Below are positions 48,361-60,960 of a DNA stretch of 64,000 nucleotides, in pieces. The DNA comes from Macrostomum hystrix (lineage: Eukaryota; Animalia; Platyhelminthes), in contig CATNEN010000038.1 in assembly GCA_950097015.1 (NCBI GenBank), forward strand, positions 27,466,001 through 27,530,000, given 5' to 3'. The position numbers were made by a program, and so were the translations under genes. How positions within the stretch are numbered: position 1 is the first letter of the stretch; the number at the start of each line of letters is the position of its first letter. A model generated the notes under the pieces. It saw nothing but the letters and a program-made list of their open reading frames with translations. It had not been told where the DNA came from and ran no database searches.

Positions 48361-49208
48361 CCTCAATGACTGGAATAAAAAATGTACTCTGACATAGCCA
48401 TAGTCAAACACCTGGTTATATAGTACAGTATTCCACTGATTGTCATAAGTTTTCTCACCAAATTGTTAGCTTAATCGATTTTCCGATAATCGATAATTGA
48501 CTTTATGGCTAAGAATTTAGGCACTATTGACCAGATGTAGATAGCTCTGCCTTCTTATCATTCCACTGGCTCATCTCTCATACAGCTTCATTTGTTCCGT
48601 GTTTTATACCCTGTAGGCTAAATGTTTAGCTCATTAATTTGCATTAGTTCAATACTATTTACATTTAGAAGCGAAGTTTTTTTTCAAAGCCTTGTCTTTT
48701 GGTTTGGTTTGGCTGGTTCGCAGCCTTAGAAGTTACGTAATCAACCCCAATAGTACTGTTAAAGTTTCACGGTGTACAAATAAAAGCTTCAAAAAGATTG
48801 GAGCACTCTATTTTCCTACTGAGATTAATACGAATGGATAGATGAGTAGAATATTTTTATTTTACATACGTACGAGCTATAATATAATAAGCGATAAAGA
48901 CAGACAGTCTGATTTAAAAAAATAATATTATGTAGCAGAGCAGCAGTGGTATTGGTAAAGTCATAATGTTGTTCAGCTTTATAAGTGGCACAACAAGTAA
49001 TTATGCACTTCTAGTCTTTTAAAGATTTTTAGAGAGATAGGAAAGTACAGAATACTCAGCAAAAACGCCAAGAAAGTCATGCTTGCCTCTGAAAATAAGT
49101 AGTGTCATTAAAAAACTAGCTCTAATTTGATAATAAAATTCGTTCTTATTAGCTCGGTAGTCTTGCAAAAAATGATACACTGCACTGGTCCTTGGGTTGC
49201 TATGCGTC

Positions 49209-51437
49209 TCAATGAGCCGTCGAGTCCTCTCTGCTGAGCCACTTGAAGATCCTTGGCGAGCCGAGAAACTCCGGTACGCACAGACACAGCTTGTGCTTTG
49301 GAGCGGACATTGGTCCAAGCAGGCGTCTAAGCAGGCACCGCAGATCCTTCAGATTGTACTCAAACACGGACAAAATTTGAATGGATATTAAAGCCAGGTA
49401 TTCGGACTCGTTCTCGGCAAACAGGCACAGCTTCATTGACAGAAGGCCGCAGATGAAGTTCAAGAAGAACACCGGCACAATGAGAATCAGTAAGAAGTGG
49501 ATGGTGATTAGAGACAGCTTGCTCAAGCTCGGGTGGTAAAGCTCAGTGTCGATGATGTTCAGGGTAGCGAGAAATGTGTAGTAGCTCTGCGACAGATAGG
49601 GCACGCTGCCTTGCTTTTGAGGGAAAATCTCTGTGCTGTCGAGAAGCTGCGAGAAAACAAAAATCAAACCAACATAGTAGAACATGAAAGTACCAAATGA
49701 GTTCAGGCATTCGACGAAGCTGCAACTGAAGTTGCTCACAATGGGTACGAGCCGCAAAAACAAGCTGATTGTGTAGAACAAAGAGATGTTTACATTCACG
49801 ACTAGAAACGAATTCAGTGTCATGCTCAGACTACCGGCATAGGTGCACAAGCTTCTTGGTATGAGTATCGATGGAATCAGCAAGATGATGGAGACTGTAA
49901 GAACTAAAAGGGCTGCAAGAATAAAATTATGTTCCTTCCCCTTTTTATCTTTAGTCGGAATGCCCGTGCGACGAAGATAAGCCTCTCGATGAATTTTAAA
50001 GCGAATAATTCCTGTCAGGAAGGCAAAATTCGTCAGCAATATGGTTAGCAGCATGACGTACACAGCAATAGCATAGCCAACGCTGTAATCACTGTCGCTA
50101 GTCATGTTTGTGCATACTCGTTTCAAGTTTTGAGAACTCCTTGTGGTTGTAATCAAAACAGCAAAGAACAAACAGAAGGCGTACAGAATTACTGCGTAGC
50201 ATAGCTTTTTGGTTCGCTTCTCCAGCAGCTGTAGCCAGCGAGTAAAGAGAAAGTCGCGCCTCCAAACGCCGGACACTTTCAGCCGCTGCAGGTCATCTGT
50301 AGAGGCCACGCTAAATGCATCGGCCATGAGCAGCAGTGGCGACACAAAGTACCGAATAGCTTCGCCCGACTGATCGCAGTCGTAGGTGTCCAGAGGCAAT
50401 TCCAAATGCTGAAACGTCTTGCTGTCTGTCAGATCATCGGAATCCGACAGAGAGTGAAAGCCAGGTGAGCAGCGATAAAGGAGGATCTCGGCAATATCCG
50501 GTCTACCCAGCTGCACAGCTAGCTCCACGGGCGTGAGGCCACAACCCGCTTTGGCCATCTTTGCCCAGTCCGAAAGCTGCTCCGAGCTGAAGAGTCCAGA
50601 GTAAAGGAATTCCAAGAAAAACCCAGGTGCTGACTTCTCCGATTTCACCTGCCAAGCCTCACTCTTGTCACAGTCGTCTCCGCTGCCTGGTCGAATATCT
50701 CTCGAGCTAATTATGCTCTGTAAGCACCGCCCAGTCAAGATGTCTTCTAGGCGGGGAGCCTCATACGATCCAATGGATATGGCAAAGCACAACACATGCA
50801 TGACGTTCCAGCCGTCCTCCGTGACGTGAGTCAGTTCTAAGCCGCCAGTTCGCAGCATCAGTCGCATGGCCTTGGCTGCTCCATAGAAAATGCTCAACAG
50901 AAACGGATTACTGGTGCCGAAGTGTTCGCTGCCACACGGTGACCTACTCACTCCCTTGCTACAGCCACACAATCTCGGTTTGCTGATGCTGCAGTGGTTT
51001 TTACTGACGCTGGTTTTCAAAAATCTTTTCCATTTTTCGTCGTTAGAAAACAGCTGCCGGCGCAGCTCCATCAGACCAGTTGTGTTATCCGTCAGTAGGT
51101 AGAACTGAAGCTGTGAGTACTCAGAAGTTGTAATGTATGTTGCTAGATCATTTTCTGAGCAGACTTCCTGACACATTGTCCGGCTACGGAGACATCTATC
51201 CGCTACTTTGCCTGTATGAAAGCTGAGTTCTTGAAAATAATTGATCAAAAAGGCTTTCCATGCATGAATATATAATCGATTTTCCTTCGGTACCATACAC
51301 CCAAGCATTCTTTTATTTGACAAAACTACCTTCAGCTTACAACCTGTTTGCTCGGCTGTAATTGAAAACGTTCTGTTTGGGTCTGACATGGATACATACA
51401 GTCTTGTTGCACAGTCAAACTGCGCGTGTTGACTCAT
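49209..51437 (-). CDS. Divergent intronless ankyrin-repeat + 6TM TRP-like (TRPV-like) cation channel, 742 aa
   Basis: Ankyrin-like GWNVMHVL and GLTPVELAVQLGRPDIAEILL, about six hydrophobic segments, pore-helix-like SYYTFLATLNII, S6-like FFLNFICGLLS. Confidence 0.7.
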   Translation of the reverse strand: MSQHAQFDCATRLYVSMSDPNRTFSITAEQTGCKLKVVLSNKRMLGCMVPKENRLYIHAWKAFLINYFQELSFHTGKVADRCLRSRTMCQEVCSENDLATYITTSEYSQLQFYLLTDNTTGLMELRRQLFSNDEKWKRFLKTSVSKNHCSISKPRLCGCSKGVSRSPCGSEHFGTSNPFLLSIFYGAAKAMRLMLRTGGLELTHVTEDGWNVMHVLCFAISIGSYEAPRLEDILTGRCLQSIISSRDIRPGSGDDCDKSEAWQVKSEKSAPGFFLEFLYSGLFSSEQLSDWAKMAKAGCGLTPVELAVQLGRPDIAEILLYRCSPGFHSLSDSDDLTDSKTFQHLELPLDTYDCDQSGEAIRYFVSPLLLMADAFSVASTDDLQRLKVSGVWRRDFLFTRWLQLLEKRTKKLCYAVILYAFCLFFAVLITTTRSSQNLKRVCTNMTSDSDYSVGYAIAVYVMLLTILLTNFAFLTGIIRFKIHREAYLRRTGIPTKDKKGKEHNFILAALLVLTVSIILLIPSILIPRSLCTYAGSLSMTLNSFLVVNVNISLFYTISLFLRLVPIVSNFSCSFVECLNSFGTFMFYYVGLIFVFSQLLDSTEIFPQKQGSVPYLSQSYYTFLATLNIIDTELYHPSLSKLSLITIHFLLILIVPVFFLNFICGLLSMKLCLFAENESEYLALISIQILSVFEYNLKDLRCLLRRLLGPMSAPKHKLCLCVPEFLGSPRIFKWLSREDSTAH

Positions 51438-52669
51438 GAACTGAGGACATGGCGATGGCAGCGATTACTTAATTTCCAGCCAGGTTTTCCTCCATCGCAA
51501 GTTAGACTACGGCTTATTTACACGCCTGCTTACTCAGCAATGCCTTGCTATTTGCTTTGATCGTGTTAATGGAAAAAATTAATGTGTGACAAATTTTGCG
51601 TCGGACGTTTAGCATAAAAGTTTTACCTATGATTATTACGTGAGACAACAACGGAAAAATGCTCTTCAGATGCTTATTTCCTATTACGAAATTGTTTGTG
51701 CACCTATGAAAGTAGAAAACTGCGCCATTCCATTCTCTTGGATAGGAAATGTAGAGTCAGGGCTTTTTTATTCTCGATCTAATATGCTCAGCAATAATTT
51801 ACGCCAAGCTGATTATTAATTATGCGCTCGATTCTGTCTGAGTAGCATGTGTGCTTATCGTTGCATATGCCTCATTGCGAAAACAATGATAGGGGACGTG
51901 GAAAATTGCAGAGGCCAGATCTCAGGTGTGCAAGGTAGATGGGAGACAGGTATGAACGTTTTGTTTGCTAAGCCGCGGGCATTTCTGAGCTGCTTTCCGG
52001 GTTGCCGAGGTAACCATGGCAACTGTGGAGGTCGGTTTGTTTGTCCAAACTGCAGAGTACAGAATACCGTGTATGGCCGGGAGAATGTTTAAGCGAGCTG
52101 GCAAGTTTCCTAAGGTAGGAAGCCTAGTGGACGGCGCAATATGGAGAAATAGGAAAATTGAGGAGTTAAGACTTTCGAAATATCTCGCGCGCAGCTACGC
52201 AGACACCTGATTGGACTGGCCTTTCTGGGGCACTCTCTGAGCACTTGTGTGCTCGAGACAGCGGGACAGGGATAGTGAAAACTGGATAGAAGAGAAGAGA
52301 AACGAACAGAATAGGAGAAGAGAGGAGACAGAGATAGGCGACAGAAGACGTGGGAGGGAGGTTTGTGTTCCAGTGTGTACAGGTGACGCCAAGCAAACAG
52401 GCAACCGTCCCGTCTCATTAACCTGGAGCACAGGTCGCAGTACCCAGCTATAAGACGCATAGGACATTATTTTTTATCGTTGCTTGGGAAAACAGAGTCG
52501 AAAAATACAGCAGTGATTCAGCGAGCTATTTTTGCCGCTTCCATCACTCCAAGGGCTCAGCATATAAAGCCGATATACTCAAGTACCAGTTTTAAAGATA
52601 AAATATTTTGAGTCAACATTAAAAATTTTGATAAGTTCAAAAGGCTTCTGTCTGAAATTATCAACCAAA

Positions 52670-54401
52670 ATGTGCGTCAAAGCTTTGATGAAGATTATCA
52701 GCGGTGTTCTGTCTGTTGTCTCACTGGTAAGTTTGTCACTGCCCAAGGATGATTTTTATGCTCAAACTATAACGTACAGTATAAAAAACTTGCTATTCTA
52801 TAACTTAATCTTGCATATTTTAGATTCTCGGCATCATCTTCCTCATCGTCGGTTTCATCCTGCAGTTCGGTTTGACAACTGTCGTAGTTAACTATCTTAG
52901 GACGTACATCAACGAGCTAAACAACTATCTCAAGGCCACTGGCTCGTCCGTTAACATCGACACGTACATTCAGCAGCTGCCGCAGATTACTGGTAGGTTT
53001 GAGTTCAAGGAGTTGTTACGCAAAAAAATTCGAAAAGAAATGACGAAACATAATCGATTTGAGTTGCCTTTTGACACTGCTCAGGAAACCTGGCTATTAC
53101 CTTTATCATTATGGGCATTGTGATTGCCGCCGTCGGTTTGATCGGTCTAATCGCCGTCTGCTGCGAAGTGAAAGTCATGCTGATAATTGTGAGTCAGTCG
53201 GTGATGGTTTCATGCATGCTGGAAACTAGCTTTTTTAAATGCACGCATCTGGTTTTCCTTTTTAGTACATTGTCATCCTGGGAGTTCTGATTGCGGGACA
53301 GATTGTCCTGATCATTGTGTACTACGCTGCCAGGGACACGGTAAGCAGCTTGGGAGTTTAATGTCTAATTATCATTTATAATCTGCAGTGATGTGATATT
53401 GCGGGGTTGGTGGCAGAACGGCTTGCCATTCGCTCTAAGGTCCCTAAGCTCGGCCATATTTATTTGTAGCCGAGGGAAGGCTTGTGGGCTTGTCGCGAAA
53501 TTGACGCCCTTGAGAGGCAACCTCCAAAGCACTGTGCGAGTGTACACTGCCTGAGGATCAGAAAGTCAGGGCAGATGTACGCACCTGTGTGAGTGTGTGC
53601 CTGTGTACAGTATCTGTGTGCGTATGTGCCTCTCGCACCGAGGTCGCTGAGTTCGATTCCTCGGCGAGGCCACATTCATTTGGGATGCAGCCGCGGAGGC
53701 GAGGCATGTCCTGCAATTTACGCCCTTGAGGGGCCAACCTCCAAGGCACAGTGAGAGGGTAGATGTACAAACATGTGTGAGCGTGTGCGTGTGTGCTCAG
53801 GAGTCAGGGGAATGGGTAGAATTGCCAACTCCCTGGCTGCGGGTCTACTGTCCCCAAATGATGTGCCATTGTCCATACACTAGTTTTTTTATATTAATAA
53901 GGTGGCGATAAATGATTGAAACGCATTTTGATTTTTTTCTTTCAGTTTATCTCGAGAGCCAAGACCTACATGCAGGAAACCATTACAAACAAATACTCAG
54001 GCTACACCAATCAGAATATGGAGACCATTTTGTGGAATGTGTTCCACACCAGCTTAGGCTGCTGTGGCATTACTAATGGCACCGATTTCTCTTCCGCTAA
54101 GCTATGGACTCGAAATTTGACGTATAACAGCGTCTATTATACCAGTGAGTAATCAGGGTCCGTGTGTCCCTACCTGTTGCCGTTGATTTAATTTCTGTTT
54201 TCTATCAATTTTTACCTTGCAGACATGGCGTATCCATTGACCTGCTGCAGGACGACAAACTATACCGCTTGCTTAACATCCAATCACACTTCGATTCAGT
54301 ACACCAACCTGAATGTCGGTTGCTGGGATAAGATTGATAGCACTGTGCAGAGCAACATTACCTACGCTGCACTGGGCACTGCCGCCATTGTGCTACTGCA
54401 G
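52670..54401 (+). CDS. Tetraspanin; exons 52670-52726, 52824-52992, 53085-53188, 53266-53340, 53946-54144, 54223-54401 (last exon not located)
   Basis: Four hydrophobic segments, G..GLIAVCCE, large loop with LGCCG, YPLTCC and GCW; in-frame GT-AG junctions. Confidence 0.9.
53402..53880 (+). mobile_element. SINE family 1, chimeric head-to-tail dimer in tetraspanin intron 4
   Basis: The first copy stops near 53628 and the sequence restarts at GCCTCTCGCACCGAGG...GTTCGATTCC. Confidence 0.82.
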
Positions 54402-54484
54402 GTGAGATCCTCTATCCAATAATTTGCGGATAACGCTTCTTCCGATTCTCTTACAAGTTTATCAGTGGCACAACCTGTTCGGCT

Positions 54485-55400
54485 GGGGGTGTGACCATCA
54501 CCCTTTCCGAATGGGAGTGTCACCCTCATCCTTTTTAAATGAGAGTGTGACCATCATCTTTTTTAATGGGGTGTGACCATTATCCTTTCCAAATGGGGTG
54601 TGACCATCACCTATTCCAAATGGGGTGTGACCATCACCCTTTCCAAATGGGGTGTGACCATCACCCTTTCCAAATGGGGTGTGACCATCACCCTTTCCAA
54701 ATGGGGTGTGACCATCACCCTTTCCAAATGGGAGTGTGACTTTTACCCTTTCCGAATGGGAGTGTGACAATCATCCTTTCCAAATGGGGTGTGACCATCA
54801 CCTATTCCAAATGGGAGTGTGACTATTACCCTTTCCAAATGGGGTGTGACCATCACCTATTCCAAATGGGAGTGTGACTATTACCCTTTCCAAATGGGGT
54901 GTGACCATTACCTATTCCAAATGGGAGTGTGACCATCACCCTTTCCAAATGGGAGTGTGATCATTACCCTTTCCAAATGGGGTCTGACCATCACCTATTC
55001 CAAATGGGGTCTGACCATCACCCTTTCCAAATGGGAGTGTGACTTTTACCCTTTCCGAATGGGAGTGTGACAATCATCCTTTCCAAATGGGAGTGTGATC
55101 ATTACCTTTCCAAATGGGGTGTGACCATCACCCTTTCCAAATGGGGTGTGACCATCACCCTTTCCAAATGGGGTGTGACCATCACCTATTACAAATGTGA
55201 GTGTGACTATTACCCTTTCCAAATGGGGTGTGACCATTACCTATTCCAAATGGGAGTGTGACCATCACCCTTTCCAAATGGGAGTGTGATCATTACCTTT
55301 CCAAATGGGAGTGTGACCATTACCCTTTCCAAATGAGAGAGTGACCATCATCCTTTCCAAATGGGGTGTGACAATCATCCTTTCCAAACGGGAGTTTTGC
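54485..55400. repeat. 27-28-bp minisatellite (CCAAATGGG(A)GTGTGACCATCACCCTTT)n
   Basis: About 33 tandem units with no spacers. Confidence 0.95.
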
Positions 55401-57407
55401 CTTTATCCATATCAAAGTGGGAGTGTCAACTTTAAGAAACGGTTTTTGTGACGAGCAATATTTGCGTATGTACTTTAGATACAAACGAGTAAGTAAATTG
55501 AGTCACACAACCTGTCTTTTGGCCTGCATTTATTGAATATAATAATCTAATGTCAATCAACCTGTGCCAAAATAAACGAAGCCATGACAACCGTGATACC
55601 CTAAAAATCATGTACGCTCGTAAAAAGCTAAATCAAAACTAGACAGACAATGAAAGTAAATAGACGAGATTAGAAATAAGCCAAGTTAGCAAGGCTAGGC
55701 AATTAAGATAATGGCCTGCTCTACTGCCTTTTGATATGACCCCTCGGTCTTAGGCTTAGTTAGGGCCTAACATTGATTCAATATAAAAGAGCAAAAACGT
55801 CTTATAGGCTTCAAAAGTGAGAGGGCAGGTATGAGTAAGAGTCAGTGGGAGGCAATGTGGGGGATTGGGTGGGTGTGTACGGTTTATTATTTTGCAGCCC
55901 TGCGTTGTCATGGTGAAGTTAAACAAAGCAAAATGGTAGCTCTCATAGGCTTCGGCTTGGGTTTGCAGATGGTAAACACTGAGTAGGCTTGGAGGACTTG
56001 AGAGAAGCAGTGACATTGTGTGGACTCCTGAGCAAACACATGATTGTGTGGATAAAATGCACTTAATGGCGTTCACTGGTTCATTGTGCTGAATGTGGCC
56101 CTAAAAAAGAACCCGAATATCTAGTCCGCAAGTGTTTGACTTTTGTCCTCTGTTCAACTAATTGCAGACACTGATTTTGGTATTTGCTGTCCACCTGTGC
56201 AAGGGCGGCTCGTCCAAGACTGAACCAGTTTGAGTCGACGCAACGCTTGACTTTCGATGTTTCCAAGAAAAGAGAACTCACCCGAGTCACAATATTATTT
56301 CCGAGAGGCGTTCGTTTGTAGTTTTGTAGTTTTCGTAGCTTATAAAGTAGAGCAAATACTGTTTTTAAGCACACAATTAAGCACTTGATAATTTATTTTT
56401 TGTACTCAAATACGAACTTACTTTGGTACCTTATATCTAAGGGGTACTAAACCATTTCAGCTAGAAAGTAGTTTTAATTGATACCAGCGGACTAGAAGGT
56501 TTAGTACTTAAGTACTTTCGAGTACGTGCGAAAGTACTCGTGCACTAAGTACTAAAATGTTCGAAAGGTAAGGCAATACTAGAGATCATATTTAAAACTT
56601 TACTTTCTATTGTTAATGCGCCGTTAAATATACTGCTATGATATAATCCGTGCATCAAACTTTAGAACTGCAGTAAAAAGTAAAACGATAGAAACAGCTG
56701 TAGAACTCCATTTTTTACTTACACATGAAATGTAATTTTCAGAAAATCCATCTTCATGGCGATTGCTGTTTCCCATGAGTTTACAACTGGTAGAAAAATT
56801 TAAAATTTACATCGTCATCGCTAGTTAACACCCAGAAAGGTCGTAGTATATTTTGACTGGTTGCTATAATTTTTTTCGTCTGAATTCAAGAAAATTTCAT
56901 TTTTTTCAAAGTGAATTAAAAAAGTAAATATTTCGAAATCCATTTCAAATTGCAAGTTAAAAATCACATACTTAATAAAAACGCAAATAAAATGTTTTTG
57001 CTCATTAACCTTCAATTTATTTAATCAAGTTCTTCAAAAATAAACGAAAAGCCGTTGAGAAAATTGTTAATATATTGCCCTACGGTAAAATTATTTGCTG
57101 ATCTTCAAATTGCTTGCTGGGTATTTAATTACGTTTAAAACAGTGATGAAATTATTAGCAATAAAATTCTAAGCTACAATTAAAAACTTTAATAAAACAA
57201 AAGTTGTTAGAGGAAACGCTATTTGATTGGTACACACTACTATGAGTACCATTAATAATTTTTGCCATAATTTTTATTAAGTAATATATTGCAAGTTTTA
57301 ATTAATCTAATTTTCGAATTTGGTAATAAAATGCATCGGAATATTTCACTAAGTCTATCGATATAGCTTATCATAATCTTATCGATCAAATCATATCGTC
57401 GTAATCA

Positions 57408-57610
57408 TGGGTGTGAGTGGCAAAGCGGTGAATACGTCTGCCTCTCGCACCAAGGTCTCTGATGTAATGTACAAACAAATGTGTTAGCGTGTGCGTACGC
57501 GTGTGCTCAGGAGTCAGTGGAATGTGCAGAAGTGCCGTCTCACTTGCTGCAGGTCTAGTGTCACCAAATTATTTGCCATTGCCTCCAGCCCTCCTGCAAG
57601 TATTATTATT
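57408..57610 (+). mobile_element. SINE family 1, internally deleted copy
   Basis: Head GTGGCAAAGCGG...GCCTCTCGCACC joined to the 3' body and a TATTATTATT tail. Confidence 0.8.
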
Positions 57611-58159
57611 CTTTCATAGTCCTAATGATTTTAGTCATCTTTCCGATTTTTAATTTCACCTGAGTTTATCATTTAAGAATTTAAATTAAAAAATTCAATT
57701 TCGTTGTCGAAATGTTTCACCTAAATTAACTGCCATGTAATAGCTCAAACATATATATATATAATATAATTTAATATAATTTACTAAGCAAAACATGAAA
57801 CAAATGTACAAATTAAAGGCTGTAAAATAGCTAAATTCAATGTGCAAGTTAAAAAACACAAGTTCAAAACTTTGCAGCTATTTTGTCACGAAAACATTGG
57901 CCTAAAGCGTTCAGGCAGACACATTTCAGTTTAAAGGTGGCAGTTGGCATAATATGCAGGTGCTTCTCGACCTTGACCATATTTAGCTCTCTTATCGTGT
58001 TGACCATGTTATTTCTTGGAAATTTGCCACCGCACCAGACTCAACGGCCTAAAAGACAAGAAAGTAAAGCTCGTATAAATCATAGCACGAAAAATACCCA
58101 CTAATAATTTTAAGAGACACCGATTTTCGTTGTGATCCTATCAAAAAATAAGACTTAAG

Positions 58160-60299
58160 ATGACATCGAAAACATACTTAAGCGCTCTTCTAGTGGCTGG
58201 CTTGCTATCAGCAATGCCCTTATTCAAGGTAGTTTGTACAGCGAATGTCGACTCCTGTCCAAGCGGCTGTGAATGTACTCTCCTGGCAGACAGTACCATA
58301 GAAACAGATTGTCAACGCCGTGCTCTGACTAGCATTCCCAAGAATGTGTCAACTCGGACAAGTCGACTGCTATTGCAAGCGAACAAGATTGTGAAACTCA
58401 CAAGCGAGTCATTTCGGTCTAACCTGAGCCAACTGACCGATCTCTACCTGAATGGTAACGGACTAGAACAGTTAGACAACAACACATTCTATGGTTTGGT
58501 TTCTCTGAAACGACTGTATCTGTCACAGAATCGTCTACGAGCCTTTCCACAGGTGTGCCAGTTTTCTCCTCAGCTGCAGCGTCTGCTAATTGATAACAAT
58601 GCTATCGACGGTCAGGCTTTTCCGGACTCGTACACAGCCTGTAGTCAGCTGACAACTGTTTCAGTGAGTGGAAATCGCTGGACAAAGCTGTCTCGCTCTA
58701 TATTTGCTAGCCTCAAGAATTCAAAGGATCTTTCGAGCCTGAAGATCACATCAGTGGGGCTGCAGGTCGCTGAGAACTCAACACTGGCCGACTTGTCGCA
58801 AACTCTTCGAAGCCTGGATCTGAGCCAAAACTCTATCAGCGAACAAAACCTTATGGGCTTGTTTCAGGTACGCATAATACCTGATAATTAAGGGGGTCGT
58901 AACCTTGTGGTTTTGACGTCTAACTAACGGCTTGAATGTTGGGGGTTCGATTCCCGACTCTACTAGAACAGTAGTTTGTGTCCTTTAGCTAGACACTTAA
59001 ATATCATTGGTTCAGTTCACCCAGCTTTCAAATGGGTACGAAGATTAGCTGGGGAAATAGTTGTGGGTAGGACATTATCCCAGTCCATGGAATGAACAGT
59101 CGTACGCAGGCTTCAGATGTGACTCGCAATAGCTGCGGCTGTGCTGTTGGCTGCACATCTAGCCAAATTAGGGCAGGTGCTATCAATTCTAATTCTTGTT
59201 AATATTACTTGTAGGTATAAAACCAAAGTATACGCCTATCTTAGAATGACAAAATTTAGTTTTATTAATCCCTTAGACGACCAAGTTCTCCAACCGCTTC
59301 ATCTCTCTGTCGCTTCGCGGATCTTCCGGCCTAACCCGACTGCCTGTGGGCCTCCTCCCAGCGGGTCATTTTCCCCGGCTGGGTGTCCTGGACATCTCCG
59401 ACTGTTCTCAGCTGAGCAAGATTGACGATGGTGCACTCGCCGGGTCGGCCAGTTACCTGACAGACCTGCTGCTTAACGGCGCCTCGATCACACAACTCTC
59501 AGACCGGACTTTGTTTGGCTTGGATCGACTCCGTCGACTGTCTATGGCTTCAACCGCACTAACCGGTTGGTCTGGCTCGTTGCCTCTGCAGCTAGCTCAG
59601 TTGGACGTTTCCTCGTCCAAGTTGACGACCATTGGTGGGTCGGATGGAGTGTCAATCAATCCGCTGTTATCGTTAGTGCACTTTAACGTCAGTAAAGGCT
59701 TTGAACAGCTTAAGGCGGCCGGAAATCCGTTTCGTTGCGACTGCAATTTAGCCTGGCTGCGAATAGCGCTACAGGATTCTAGGGTGAGGGCGCGCATTCC
59801 GGACTTGACCAGGTGGGTGTGCGCTGAGCCGTCTCAGCTTGCCGGATATCCTGTTGTCAACTTTACTCTGCCAGACGACTGCGCCGCCAAATCGACCACT
59901 ATATCGTCACCAGTCAGCTCAGACTCGCACGAATCAAGTGTTAAAACATCGTCATTCTCGTCTACCGTTAGCCAATCGGAATATAGCGGCGATCCAACCT
60001 CAGTTACAGCTTCGGCTAGCCAATCAGATTCAAGCACCGTATCAACGTCAATTTCTTCCCCGGATAGCCAATCAGATTCAAGCACCGTATCAACGTCAAT
60101 TCCTTCCCCGGCTAGCCAATCAGAATGGATTTTACCCGTTGCGTGCACCGTGGGCGGTCTTATCCTGCTGCTTTTGCTCCTTTCGTCTCTGGTGGTGTGG
60201 GTCAGGCGTCGGGGTCAGTGCCGATTTATCAGTTTAGAGTCTCGAAAAGATTCAGCTGCATCTCAAACAACGCTTGACTCTGAAATGATTGAGGCTTAG
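58160..60299 (+). CDS. Leucine-rich-repeat type I membrane protein; exons 58160-58867 and 59277-60299
   Basis: Signal peptide, LRRNT (CPSGCEC...DC), LxxLxLxxN repeats, LRRCT (GNPFRCDCNLAWL...CAEPSQL), Ser/Thr stalk, TM followed by RRR, short tail; phase-0 intron CAG|GT...TTAG|ACG. Confidence 0.9.
58891..59140 (+). mobile_element. SINE family 2 in the LRR-gene intron
   Basis: B box GGTTCGATTCCCG, then GTGTCCTTTAGCTAGACACTTAA...CAGTTCACCCAGCT...AATGGGTAC. Confidence 0.75.
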
Positions 60300-60725
60300 A
60301 CTGAAGAAGAAGAAAGGCTCAGTTAATTTGAGTTGAACGATGGATTAGGATTAAACCGATCGCAATGGTTTCGTTTTTAAGGCCTGTCCCATTCTTTGCG
60401 CTCATGATTTAGCTTTCGTTCTATTTTTCCTATCAGTTCTCGTAGTTTAATGGCGATTTCTTTTGTCGCGAAAGTTCAAGCCAATGCGTGAAGAGAGCTT
60501 GCGCTAAAGCACCCTGGCTTGAATTTGATCTGCTTAACACTAACAATGTGCCCTTTATTTGTCTAGCAGGCCGATGTTGTCATTGAAAAGTAAAAAAATG
60601 AGTGCATAAGTTTTGTAATAAATGTGCTCAATTTAGTTATAGGTATAAATACGCGTATAATTGAAGTTTCTAATTTGCAAAACAGTAGAAAACAAATAGA
60701 AAATTCTATCAGAAAGGTAATTATA

Positions 60726-60960
60726 TCAGGGAAGTGAAACTTCAGGGAAGTGAAACTTCAGAGAAGTGAAACTTCAGGGAATTGAAACTTCAGGGAATTG
60801 AAACTTCAGGGAATTGAAACTTCAGGGAATTGAAACTTCAGGGAAGTGAAACTTCAGGGAAGTGAGACTTCAGGGAAGTGAAACTTCAGGGACGTGAAAC
60901 TTCAGGGAAGTGAAACTTCAGGGAATTGAAACTTCAGGGAAGTTGAACTTCAGGGAAGAT
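60726..60960. repeat. 16-bp minisatellite (CAGGGAAGTGAAACTT)n
   Basis: About 14 units. Confidence 0.95.

Noticed and set aside
51750-52465. Possible solo LTR (TGT...ACA, distinct composition)
   Set aside because: No TSD, PBS/PPT or second copy found.
54485-55400. CRISPR-like palindromic 27-28-bp repeats
   Set aside because: Units abut directly with no unique spacers, there are no cas genes, and the context is eukaryotic.
56743-56803. Candidate tetraspanin last exon (KSIFMAIAVSHEFTTGRKI*)
   Set aside because: Out of phase with the phase-0 donor at 54401.
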